From an uncultured archaeon (lineage in GTDB: Archaea > Altiarchaeota > Altiarchaeia > IMC4 > SCGC-AAA252-I15): DNA of 42,149 nucleotides. The stretch is taken from NCBI GenBank assembly GCA_964423225.1, contig CAYREE010000003.1, positions 1 through 42,149 of the forward strand, read 5' to 3'. Numbering within the stretch: position 1 is the first letter of the stretch; every line of letters starts with the position of its first letter. Shown here one piece after another: positions 7,447 to 16,822 of this stretch. The position numbers were made by a program, and so were the translations under genes. Under the pieces are notes generated by a model that searched no databases, had not been told where the DNA came from, and saw only the letters and a list, made by a program, of their open reading frames with translations.

Positions 7447-8709
7447 GTGACATTTGAGAAAGTCATATATACTAAAGAAGAGGTCCTAAAGTATCATTCA
7501 TCAAAAACAGGGAAGATAGAGATAACAAACAAAACCCCTATTGAAGATAAAAAAGACCTGAGCCTAGCTTATACGCCAGGGGTTGCAGAGGTCTGCAAGT
7601 CCATTGCAAACGACTATGAGAAAGTCTTCGAATATACTAACAAAGGAAATTCAATAGCAATAGTAACAGATGGAACAGCAATACTAGGGCTTGGCGACAT
7701 CGGGTCTGAAGCCGGACTTCCCGTAATGGAGGGGAAATCCATCCTATTCAAACTACTTGCAGGAGTGGACGCTTATCCTATCTGTCTAAATACCACGGAT
7801 ACCGACCAGATCATTGAGACTGTTAAAAATATCCAACCATCATTTGGAGGGATAAATCTCGAAGACATTGCAGCCCCACGATGCTTTGAAATAGAAAAAA
7901 GACTTAGTAAAGAATTATCAATCCCCGTGTTCCACGACGACCAACACGGGACCGCAGTAGTGACACTCGCAGGATTACTTAACGCATTGAAGATAGTAGG
8001 GAAAAAAATCGGTGAAATCAAGGTTGTCGTAAATGGTGCGGGAGCAGCAGGAATAGCATGCGCAAAATTCTATATGCATGCAGGAGTAAAAGACATAATC
8101 CTCACAGATAGCATTGGCACCATATATGAGGGTAGGGACGGGTTAAGTGGAATCAAAGAAGATATGTCCAAGGTAACCAACAGAAGACAAGTGACTGGCG
8201 GGCTTGAGGATGCCATCAAAGGAGCAGACGTATTCCTAGGTCTGTCAGTCGGGAATGTAGTGACAAAAGAGATGATTCAATCCATGTCAGATGATCCCAT
8301 AGTATTCGCATGCGCTAATCCAGACCCAGAGATAATGCCTGAAAAAGCATTGGATGCAGGAGCAAGAATTGTGGCAACAGGCCGTAGCGACTACCCTAAT
8401 CAGATTAATAATGTTTTGGGATTTCCAGGTATATTCAGAGGTGCACTTGACACATTAGCAACCGAAATCAACGATGATATGAATCTTGCAGCCTCACTTG
8501 AACTAACAAGACTGGTAAAAGACGATGAGTTAAATGAGGAATACATTATCATCAATCCATTAGATAAAAAAGTAGTGCCGAGAATAGCTCAAGCTGTCGC
8601 TGACCAAGCAATGAAAAGTGGTGTCGCAAGGAGAAAAGTAGGTCCGCGCGAGGTAATGGAAAAAACCGAAAAAATAATCGAATACACAAGGAAGAAAATA
8701 TTAGGATAA
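7447..8709 (+). CDS. NAD(P)-dependent malic enzyme (malate dehydrogenase, oxaloacetate-decarboxylating), short form
   Basis: 420 aa with a GTG start. LSLAYTPGVAEVC, VTDGTAILGLGDIG, GINLEDI, FHDDQHGTA and VVNGAGAAG are malic-enzyme N-terminal and NAD-binding domain signatures. Confidence 0.9.
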   Translation: MTFEKVIYTKEEVLKYHSSKTGKIEITNKTPIEDKKDLSLAYTPGVAEVCKSIANDYEKVFEYTNKGNSIAIVTDGTAILGLGDIGSEAGLPVMEGKSILFKLLAGVDAYPICLNTTDTDQIIETVKNIQPSFGGINLEDIAAPRCFEIEKRLSKELSIPVFHDDQHGTAVVTLAGLLNALKIVGKKIGEIKVVVNGAGAAGIACAKFYMHAGVKDIILTDSIGTIYEGRDGLSGIKEDMSKVTNRRQVTGGLEDAIKGADVFLGLSVGNVVTKEMIQSMSDDPIVFACANPDPEIMPEKALDAGARIVATGRSDYPNQINNVLGFPGIFRGALDTLATEINDDMNLAASLELTRLVKDDELNEEYIIINPLDKKVVPRIAQAVADQAMKSGVARRKVGPREVMEKTEKIIEYTRKKILG

Positions 8710-8710
8710 G

Positions 8711-9580
8711 ATGAAAGGTCTTGAAGAATCAATTATCGGATTGTATAGAAAGTGTTCAACCGACCTTCCTAAAGACGTGGAGGATTCTATTCGGAACGCA
8801 TTTGAAAAAAGCGTTGATGAAACCGAACAAAAGATACTATCAAACATCCTCGACAACATAAAGATTGCAAGAATTGAGGGTAGGCCAATATGCCAGGATA
8901 CTGGGACACCAATATTCAATATTAAAAGACCCTCTGATCTGAAGGAGGACAATATAAGAAAAACGATAATCGATGCGACAAGAAAGGCCACTGTAAACAT
9001 ACCGTTAAGACCTAATGCTATCGATCCTGTAACAGGTGAAAATTCATCCAATAATATTGGAAAAGGCATGCCGATCATATATTTCGAGGAATATGAAGGG
9101 GACACACTGATAATAGATCTGATGCTCAAGGGTGGCGGATCAGAAAACGCATCTATACTATACAAACTTCCATGCGAAAGGATAAATGCAGAAAGAGACA
9201 TTGAAGGTGTAGTGAAATGCGTGCTTGATGCAGCAGTAGTAACACAGGGTAAAGCATGCAGCCCGACAATAATCGGTGTATGCATCGGAGGATTGTCAGA
9301 TACGTCGATAACACATGCTAAAAAACAATTAATTCGAAAAATCAACGACAAGAATCCAGATGATGAACTTTTATTATTGGAAGAAGAGCTTACAAGAAAG
9401 ATAAACTCTCTTGGCATAGGTCCTATGGGACTTGGAGGAAATGCTTCTTGCCTAGCAGTTAAGGTGGGTACACTTGCTAGACATCCAGCATCCTTTTTTG
9501 TAGCAGTATCCTTTATGTGCTGGGCGGTAAGAAGAGTAAGATTAGAGACTAAAGAGTATAAAGCCTATCCAACCCAGTAG
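8711..9580 (+). CDS. Class I (Fe-S) fumarate hydratase / L(+)-tartrate dehydratase family, alpha subunit
   Basis: 289 aa; PICQDTGTP, KGGGSEN, ...CWAVRR. The size and motifs fit the N-terminal (alpha) half of Fe-S hydro-lyases. Confidence 0.85.
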   Translation: MKGLEESIIGLYRKCSTDLPKDVEDSIRNAFEKSVDETEQKILSNILDNIKIARIEGRPICQDTGTPIFNIKRPSDLKEDNIRKTIIDATRKATVNIPLRPNAIDPVTGENSSNNIGKGMPIIYFEEYEGDTLIIDLMLKGGGSENASILYKLPCERINAERDIEGVVKCVLDAAVVTQGKACSPTIIGVCIGGLSDTSITHAKKQLIRKINDKNPDDELLLLEEELTRKINSLGIGPMGLGGNASCLAVKVGTLARHPASFFVAVSFMCWAVRRVRLETKEYKAYPTQ

Positions 9581-9596
9581 ATAAGGGTCATTGAAT

Positions 9597-11132
9597 ATGA
9601 GTCGATTAAAAACAAAGAAAACACCAAAAAAGACATTCCCAGTAATCCTGATAATAATGATCCTCGGATTATTATTACGCCTGCATTTTTTCGTTGGATT
9701 CAATTGGTCTGACTCACCAGCATATGTTGATGTTATCAGGAGGATCCTCACCGGACTAGACATGTCTTACGATAATATAATGGGTGTTCGATTACTAACT
9801 TATTATCCTGCCACATTCTTCCTCTGGTTATTTGGAATCAACGAGTACGCCCTAGCATTATACCCACTATTATGCTCGCTAGGCTCGATTTATCTCACAT
9901 ACCATATCGGAAAAATGATGTTCAATAAGGAAGTTGGACTATTAGCAGCATACCTACTTTCCATATTTCCATTAAACATCTATTATTCAACATGGATTCT
10001 ACCAGATGTCCCACTAGCATTCTACCATGCACTAGCCGCATATCTCTTTATAAGACGTGAATACTTTGACAAGAGGAATATACTCTACCTGTTATCAGGA
10101 ATTATTGTTGGACTATCATATCTTGTAAGAATAAGCGGGCCATTTATCTTGTTTTTTATCTGCCCAGTAATGATACACAAAATAATAAAGACCAAAAAAA
10201 TCGAAAAAGGATTGGTCTTATTCTTCATTGGAATATTATTGATATTCATATTTGAAACATTATTTTACTGGACCGTTACAGGGTCACCCGACCCGCTTTT
10301 CAGGATAAAAAGCGAATCCTTCTTCTGGGATGACACTGCCAGAGAGGATCGATTCAACACAGATCCCATGTTTCTGCCAAGAGAGATGCTAAGGCTAAGC
10401 ACAGACTACAGGTTCCTATATCAGGAAAAATATCACGCACACTTCGGATTCTTCTACTACTTGATAATACCCGCAATCATCTACGTGTTCTACAGAAAGG
10501 ATAAGAAGGCCTCATTGATCGCATTCTGGGCAGTATCCTTATTCCTATACCTAAATTTCGGGACCATGAACCCAGTTAAATATGTTCCGATACACCGACT
10601 TGTCAGACATAGTACGATATTCACCATACCCTCACTGATAATCCTCGCATATGTTTTAACAAAATTCTTACTTAAAAGCAGGATAAGATATCAGAGGTTT
10701 ATCGCATATTCAATCATAATTATAATCTCGACAACATCAGTATTCTATACTCACCACTATGTTAAAAGACTTAACATGGAGACCGATGATCTGAGAGAGG
10801 CTTACAAGATACTTGCAGGACTAAAACCAAGAGACATATACGTTGAACCGACAGCAAGAACTCATATGAACTTCCACTTCAAGTTCAAGAGAATGGACTC
10901 TATCAAATCAATAGAATTCTTAGAGAACTGCCATGAGATAGCTGACAGCTATGTAGTATTGAATGTAAGAAAAGAATTCGTCTTCGATGAGAACGCAAAA
11001 AAGATAATCCCCGAATGTTTTCAGAATCCGCCTGGATACTGGGTACAACTTGGAAAAGTCAAGGGCGATGACATGGGGAGATATGATGAATTCGATCCAA
11101 TAATTTATTATGCGCCGTTAATCCCAAGTTAA
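9597..11132 (+). CDS. GT-C-fold polytopic glycosyltransferase (PMT_2/ArnT-like, GT39/GT83-type), paralogue group 1
   Basis: About 511 aa (ORF track starts at the TTG at 9591; ATG at 9597) with more than 10 hydrophobic segments. N-terminal loop LRLHFFVGFNWSDSPAY; TWILPDVPLAFY. A soluble C-terminal domain carries a conserved Cys pair. It is a clear paralogue of 26394..27953, 21817..23364 and 23367..24920. Confidence 0.75.
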   Translation: MSRLKTKKTPKKTFPVILIIMILGLLLRLHFFVGFNWSDSPAYVDVIRRILTGLDMSYDNIMGVRLLTYYPATFFLWLFGINEYALALYPLLCSLGSIYLTYHIGKMMFNKEVGLLAAYLLSIFPLNIYYSTWILPDVPLAFYHALAAYLFIRREYFDKRNILYLLSGIIVGLSYLVRISGPFILFFICPVMIHKIIKTKKIEKGLVLFFIGILLIFIFETLFYWTVTGSPDPLFRIKSESFFWDDTAREDRFNTDPMFLPREMLRLSTDYRFLYQEKYHAHFGFFYYLIIPAIIYVFYRKDKKASLIAFWAVSLFLYLNFGTMNPVKYVPIHRLVRHSTIFTIPSLIILAYVLTKFLLKSRIRYQRFIAYSIIIIISTTSVFYTHHYVKRLNMETDDLREAYKILAGLKPRDIYVEPTARTHMNFHFKFKRMDSIKSIEFLENCHEIADSYVVLNVRKEFVFDENAKKIIPECFQNPPGYWVQLGKVKGDDMGRYDEFDPIIYYAPLIPS

Positions 11133-11138
11133 CCGAAA

Positions 11139-11717
11139 ATGAATCTGAAAACCCCGATAAGTGAAACTGATGTTCGCAACCTAAACATCGGAGATGTAAT
11201 AGAGATAACTGGGACACTAGTCATAGGACGTGACATGGCCCACAAACACATGATAGACAAAAACCAGGATCTGCCATTTGATCTAAAGGGTGGGGTAATC
11301 TATCATTGCGGACCAGTTGTGGCAAAAAAGGGTAGTGCCTGGGAGATGATATCATGTGGACCGACCACTAGCATCAGACAAGAGCCATATGAAGAGGAAG
11401 TGATTAATAGATATGGGATAAAAGCAGTGATAGGAAAGGGTGGTATGGGCGATAAAACACTAAAAGCATTGAAAAAACAGGGGTGTGTATATCTTGCAGC
11501 AACAGGTGGAGCCGGCGCAATACTTGCTAAAAAGGTTGTAAAAATAAAAGAAGTATACATGCTCAAAGAATTCGGTATACCAGAAGCCTTCTGGATTCTT
11601 GAAGTCAATCGTTTCGGGCCTCTAATAGTCGCAATGGATTCCCATGGAAAAAGCATATACAAAGATGTCGAAGAAACCTCACAGATTAAATTAAATGAAA
11701 TACTAAATGAGTTATGA
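11139..11717 (+). CDS. Class I (Fe-S) fumarate hydratase family, beta subunit
   Basis: 192 aa; GDVIEITGTLVIGRDMAHK, IYHCGP, IGKGGMG. Typical C-terminal (beta) hydro-lyase domain. Confidence 0.85.
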   Translation: MNLKTPISETDVRNLNIGDVIEITGTLVIGRDMAHKHMIDKNQDLPFDLKGGVIYHCGPVVAKKGSAWEMISCGPTTSIRQEPYEEEVINRYGIKAVIGKGGMGDKTLKALKKQGCVYLAATGGAGAILAKKVVKIKEVYMLKEFGIPEAFWILEVNRFGPLIVAMDSHGKSIYKDVEETSQIKLNEILNEL

Positions 11718-12058
11718 TGATAAGCATATTGAAGAGTAAGATACATAATGCAAGAGTCACTTCAGCAAACTTGGAGTATGTTGGAAGCATCACGATTGAT
11801 AAAAGACTTGTTGAAGCGGTAGGACTATATGAATATGAAAAGGTCCTAGTATCTAATCTTACCAACGGCAGCAGATTTGAAACCTATGTGATACTCGGAC
11901 AAGATGAGGGAAAAATACAGGTTAATGGAGCAGCAGCAAAGATAACCGCGGAAGGAGACAGGATCATAATAATGAGTTTTAGACTATTGGAAGAAACAGA
12001 TGTCGGAAAGTATAAGCCAGTAATAATCATAGTTGACGAAGACAACAAGATAGTCTGA
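11714..12058 (+). CDS. panD: Aspartate 1-decarboxylase, pyruvoyl-dependent (PanD)
   Basis: 114 aa. KSKIHNARVTSANLEYVGSITID aligns residue-for-residue with E. coli PanD [23 protein letters not shown], including the Gly24-Ser25 self-cleavage site (11783-11788). TNGSRFETYVI and VNGAAA are also present. ATGA overlap with the preceding gene. Confidence 0.9.
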   Translation: MMISILKSKIHNARVTSANLEYVGSITIDKRLVEAVGLYEYEKVLVSNLTNGSRFETYVILGQDEGKIQVNGAAAKITAEGDRIIIMSFRLLEETDVGKYKPVIIIVDEDNKIV

Positions 12059-12167
12059 CAACAATACTCATTTTTTCTTTTTAAAAGCATCGAAAAACAT
12101 TCCAAAACCAAGTTTCATCTCGCTAAAACCATATTTCACAATACTCAACCATAAACCAAAAAGATCT

Positions 12168-13442
12168 TTAAGCTTCAACTATATCCGCTCCAATACTTGT
12201 CATTAAAGGCTTGAAATTCGGGAAGGTAACATCAACAAAATCTGCCCCAGTTATCTTCGTTGTCCCAGATGCAGACAAGCCAGCAACAGCAAGAGACATG
12301 ATAATACGATGATCATGCCAACCATCAACAATACCTCCTGAAAGATCCCCTCCTCTAATCGTCAGACCATCATCTCTCTCATCGATAGACGCGCCCATCT
12401 TACCAAGTTCAGATGCCATAGCCTTGATACGATCACACTCCTTTAAACGAGCATGAGAAGCATTAACAATCCGGGTAGTACCCTCAGCAAAACAACCCAG
12501 GACCGAAACAATAGGCACAAGATCCGGAGCATCGCTTAAATCAACTGTAATCCCAGTCAATGAACCCCCACCACAAACTTCAACTAGATCACCTAAAACA
12601 TTTATCTCAGCACCCATCTCAACGAGAATATCAATGATTTTCTTATCGGCCTGAAGAGAATTCTTAAATAAATTACTGACAACCAGCTTCGATTCCATAA
12701 GAGCGGAAGCAGAAAGAATGAATGCCGCACTACTATAATCACCCTCAACAACATACTCTGTAGGCTTATAAACCTGGCCACAAGCCACATGAAACTTCCG
12801 ATAATCCTTGTTCTTAACTTCAACACCAAAACAAGACAAGATATCTAGTGTGAGATCGATATATGGCCTCGATTTCAAGGATGTAGTCACTTCAACAACC
12901 GTATCTTGCAGGCCATACGGAGCCGCCATAAGGATCGCACTTATGAACTGGGAACTCACATCACCAGCAATACCACACTCACCACCCTTGAACGGACCCT
13001 TCACTGTATGAGGTGGATATCCACTAGTTGAAGTAGTATCCACTCCAAGATGAGATAATGCGTCAAGGAGTGGTTCGATAGGCCTGGATTTAATAGAGTC
13101 ATCTCCGGTTAAGCTTATCTTGGATTTTGACAAGGAGGCGATTGCAGTTAGAAGCCTTATTGATGTGCCAGAATTCATAAGATCCAATACTTTTCCCGGA
13201 TTGTTTATTTGACCGGAATTACCAGTGATATACATATGATCTTCTTCTTCGGTTATTATTGCACCAAGCTCTCTGCAAGCGTGTATACACGCATTTGTGT
13301 CTGCAGAGTAAAGTGGATGATGAATAATATTTTCCCCTTCAGATAGCATACCAGATATCACTGAACGTATAGTATAGCTTTTACTTGCAGGTGCATTTAC
13401 ACGCCCATCAATTTTCGTTGTTGGTTTGACTAGATAGTCCAT
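12168..13442 (-). CDS. aroA: 3-phosphoshikimate 1-carboxyvinyltransferase (EPSP synthase)
   Basis: 424 aa; PASKSYTIR, LMNSGTSIRLL, SSQFISAILMAAP, HDHRIIMSLAVAGL are classical AroA blocks. Confidence 0.9.
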   Translation of the reverse strand: MDYLVKPTTKIDGRVNAPASKSYTIRSVISGMLSEGENIIHHPLYSADTNACIHACRELGAIITEEEDHMYITGNSGQINNPGKVLDLMNSGTSIRLLTAIASLSKSKISLTGDDSIKSRPIEPLLDALSHLGVDTTSTSGYPPHTVKGPFKGGECGIAGDVSSQFISAILMAAPYGLQDTVVEVTTSLKSRPYIDLTLDILSCFGVEVKNKDYRKFHVACGQVYKPTEYVVEGDYSSAAFILSASALMESKLVVSNLFKNSLQADKKIIDILVEMGAEINVLGDLVEVCGGGSLTGITVDLSDAPDLVPIVSVLGCFAEGTTRIVNASHARLKECDRIKAMASELGKMGASIDERDDGLTIRGGDLSGGIVDGWHDHRIIMSLAVAGLSASGTTKITGADFVDVTFPNFKPLMTSIGADIVEA

Positions 13443-13456
13443 TATATGAAGCCTTA

Positions 13457-15127
13457 TTATATTGTATTTAATTTATAGAAATTGAATACCCAGCTCTCAT
13501 AAGTCTCTATAGTCGATATTTTTTCCAGATGATAAGATTTCTTGATGAAATCACATATCCGGTCATTAGGCGGACTATAACACCAATAACCCTCTAGAAA
13601 ATACGCACAACCATTATCCTCAATGGTTTTTTCCACAAAGTCTGGATTTAATGCCAACATTGCAGACATCGTATTTTGTCCCTGAAATACTGTGACCGCT
13701 GGATTATTCGTAAAAACCACGCAATTATCATCTATTTCATTCACGTTTTTTATCGCAAAATCTCGGAAGATACGGGGTGATTCAGCCTGAATATCAACGG
13801 AAGATATGAAACTTACTGTAGGTAGGAATGTGATGACAGTTAAAAACGTAATAAAAAATAGTGCATCACGCCGATTAGCATATCTTCCAATCAAACGTAC
13901 CGATCTATTCGCACCCCATGAAGCAAGAATAATTAACGGTGGATAACATAGGACAGTATATCGAAATCCAATCCCACCTGAAGTGAAACTCCCTGCATAA
14001 AAAAAGAGATATGAGAGGAAAAACATGAAAAACCATGCGAAAAGAATAGGTCCAAGATAACTCTTACGCCTGATCAGAGAAACCAGACCTATCAGGGCAA
14101 ATGGAGTTAAAACAAGGAGGTGTCTACGACCATTAAACCAATAGGAGGTATTATCAGTCCAGTTCCTATCCATATAATCATACTGGAATTTACCTTCTTC
14201 CGCACCCCAATCATGGATCTGACTAAAGTAGTTAAGATGCGTGAAATGCAGGAGTGAGAACATTACAAAAATAGTCGTGAAATAGAATATATCCTCCATA
14301 AAAATATTGATGCCAATCTTTCTTGCATTCAATAACAATATTAAAAAAACAACGGGAATCATTATCAATGATTCCGGACGAGATTGGACAGCGAATGCAA
14401 GAAATCCCGCGCAACTAAAAAGAAGTGTATAAGACCTCTTCCGCACATAAGCAATGCAGAAAACAACAGATAATAACGATGGGAGAGTATGATAAATCTC
14501 ACTAGACAATGATCCAGTCCAGACTATATGTGCTGGAGTCAATGCAAGGAACAATGCGGAAAATAATGCAGTCTGCTCATCATCGAACATTATATATGTA
14601 AGGAGGAAGATGGCAAGGATAGACAATACAGATATGAGGATGTTAAAAGCATATGCATTAAACTCATTAACACCGAATACAAGATAAAACAGAGATAATG
14701 AATAAGGCAGGGCATTAGGATGTTTATCTATCTCACCCCGCATGCATTTACCGTCAATCCATTCGACAGTACAGTATAAGGCACGTCCAGAAGTGACCAT
14801 CTCTTTTGCTATCTGCATGTATATATCCTCGTCGAAAAGGATCCGGTGGACATTAGGTGGGAGATACACTCTAAGAGACAATCCAATGAGGAATATTATG
14901 CTAAGAAACACAATCACCTTCTTATCGAACCTGAATATCTCAGATAAGACAACCCTTGAACGATATACACAGTAGGCTGTGATTATAGTAGTAATAGATA
15001 AGACAATGAAATAAAAGTAGGGTGTTGAATCGGATTTGAAGTATTCCTCACGGGGAAATAATACTATAAATCCTGAGACCAATAACAATGATACCAGGAT
15101 TATATTATTATACGACTTATCCTCCAT
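13457..15127 (-). CDS. GT-C-fold polytopic glycosyltransferase (PMT/ArnT-like), divergent 556-aa paralogue
   Basis: More than 10 hydrophobic segments. The first extracytoplasmic loop carries FDEDIYMQIAKEM (a DE-x-x-Y acidic motif). The C-terminal soluble domain is Cys-containing. Its start overlaps the carbamoyltransferase stop by 11 nt. Confidence 0.65.
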   Translation of the reverse strand: MEDKSYNNIILVSLLLVSGFIVLFPREEYFKSDSTPYFYFIVLSITTIITAYCVYRSRVVLSEIFRFDKKVIVFLSIIFLIGLSLRVYLPPNVHRILFDEDIYMQIAKEMVTSGRALYCTVEWIDGKCMRGEIDKHPNALPYSLSLFYLVFGVNEFNAYAFNILISVLSILAIFLLTYIMFDDEQTALFSALFLALTPAHIVWTGSLSSEIYHTLPSLLSVVFCIAYVRKRSYTLLFSCAGFLAFAVQSRPESLIMIPVVFLILLLNARKIGINIFMEDIFYFTTIFVMFSLLHFTHLNYFSQIHDWGAEEGKFQYDYMDRNWTDNTSYWFNGRRHLLVLTPFALIGLVSLIRRKSYLGPILFAWFFMFFLSYLFFYAGSFTSGGIGFRYTVLCYPPLIILASWGANRSVRLIGRYANRRDALFFITFLTVITFLPTVSFISSVDIQAESPRIFRDFAIKNVNEIDDNCVVFTNNPAVTVFQGQNTMSAMLALNPDFVEKTIEDNGCAYFLEGYWCYSPPNDRICDFIKKSYHLEKISTIETYESWVFNFYKLNTI

Positions 15128-16811
15128 TTCTATTTACAAAATAATCGCCAATAACTAAATATCTAGCCCCTGTTTTCAAAAACACGTCGATAGCATCATC
15201 AGGAGTGTTTACAATAGGATAACCATGAAGATTATAACTAGTATTCAATACAACACCATATCCAGTTTTTTCTTTAACAGTCTCTAAAAGCCTTCTAAAC
15301 ACCGGATTCTCATCATCCAACATTTGAGGGCGTGCAGATCCATCCACATTTATCACAGAATCCATGTGACCAAGCATATCTTTTTTCACCATATAACCCA
15401 TAGTCATAAAACGGTCAAACTGATCAACATCTTCAAACAATACTTTAGCATCTTCTGAAAGAAGAGACGGACAGAAAGGCTGGAACCAATTCCTCTTCTT
15501 AATCTTAAGATTCAACTTATCCTTGATATCAAGAGAGTCAGCAGGTGCAAGAATACTCCGGTTCCCAAGAGCTCTCGGACCAAACTCCATCCTACCCTGA
15601 TACCACAGTAAAAAATTACCCTTTGATATTAGATCACCTGCAAGTTCAGGTGCATCATCCCTTTTCTCATAGCTAATATTATTTTTCCTAAGGGCTTTCT
15701 CAATCAGTGGAGCAGTATAGTCAGGTCCAAAATACACGTTTTTAACATCAGTTGATTTCATATTGTTCTCCAACATACTCGCATATAATGCAGTCCCAAC
15801 TGCAAGGCCTCCATCACCCATATGCGGGAAAACAAACCATTTCTTCAGCTTTGGATTCGTCCTAATTTTAAGATTCACTTTTATGTTCGAGGCAACTCCT
15901 CCAGACCAGCATACGTTTCGCACACCTGTTTCTTCGATAGCATTCTCAAATAACTGGCAGATATGCTTTTCCAATGTTCTTTGAGCCATATAGGCAAGTT
16001 CTTCGCGTGGAGTATTCCAAAGTATCTTCTTTAGCATTCGATACTTCCCCAGGGTTGAATACTTGCATCTGACATTCATACCGTCTACTTCGAAGAAATC
16101 AATAAGCTTGTTCTCTTCATCAGGGATGGGAAATGCATAATCTGACAATGCCATAACCTTTCCCTCATCCTCCAGTTCTCGCATACCTAGTAGATCAGTG
16201 ACCTGTTCAAAGAACAATCCAAATGAATCCCTTGCCTTTATCGATGAAACGAATTCTATCCCACCATCTTCGTATATACCCACAGTACCGGATAAGGCAT
16301 CACCCACACCATCAAGTGTGATGACAAGGGATTTCTTGAACCCACTACTTAAGGCGGATGCTGCGGCATGAGCATAGTGATGCCCGACAAAATCAAGTCG
16401 ATAATCCTTAAAACCCAGCTTATCAAGGTCTCTTCTAATCAGAAACTCTGATACCTTACGGCAAAAGGGTAGTTCAGGTATCTCAGTAACAGTATGCTTA
16501 AAAGTCTTTCTAAACTCGACTAAAGAGGGTTTATTCGTCTTCCTCCGCCTGAAAAGATAGTAATTGTCCTTCATTGAAGGGAATACACGGGTTAAAGTCT
16601 TCCCAAAATCAGATGTGTTACAAGCAACCAGACCAATATCTGCAGGCTTTAACTTTAAATAATCAAGACATGACTTGATAGACTCGCTTGGAAAGCCTAC
16701 ATGAAGTTTTTTACGGGTGATACGCTCCTCATTTACAGCAACAAGAACACTCTTCTCATCAACAATCGCGGCGCCCGCATCATGACCATCCCATATACCC
16801 AGTATATACAT
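15117..16811 (-). CDS. Carbamoyltransferase, NodU/CmcH family
   Basis: MYILGIWDGHDAGAAIVDE...VAVNEERITRKK (ASKHA/Kae1-like N-domain), HHYAHAASA, and the C-terminal YrdC-like part ...NTSYNLHGYPIV. 564-567 aa is the typical length. Confidence 0.85.
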   Translation of the reverse strand: MYILGIWDGHDAGAAIVDEKSVLVAVNEERITRKKLHVGFPSESIKSCLDYLKLKPADIGLVACNTSDFGKTLTRVFPSMKDNYYLFRRRKTNKPSLVEFRKTFKHTVTEIPELPFCRKVSEFLIRRDLDKLGFKDYRLDFVGHHYAHAAASALSSGFKKSLVITLDGVGDALSGTVGIYEDGGIEFVSSIKARDSFGLFFEQVTDLLGMRELEDEGKVMALSDYAFPIPDEENKLIDFFEVDGMNVRCKYSTLGKYRMLKKILWNTPREELAYMAQRTLEKHICQLFENAIEETGVRNVCWSGGVASNIKVNLKIRTNPKLKKWFVFPHMGDGGLAVGTALYASMLENNMKSTDVKNVYFGPDYTAPLIEKALRKNNISYEKRDDAPELAGDLISKGNFLLWYQGRMEFGPRALGNRSILAPADSLDIKDKLNLKIKKRNWFQPFCPSLLSEDAKVLFEDVDQFDRFMTMGYMVKKDMLGHMDSVINVDGSARPQMLDDENPVFRRLLETVKEKTGYGVVLNTSYNLHGYPIVNTPDDAIDVFLKTGARYLVIGDYFVNRNGG

Positions 16812-16822
16812 GCTAAACAACC

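Noticed and set aside
9581-11138. The GT-C gene between the fumarase subunit genes as a mobile-element insertion.
   Set aside because: There are no terminal inverted or direct repeats at the junctions and no transposase or integrase. The spacers are only about 6-16 nt. I report it as an operon-architecture oddity, not a mobile element.
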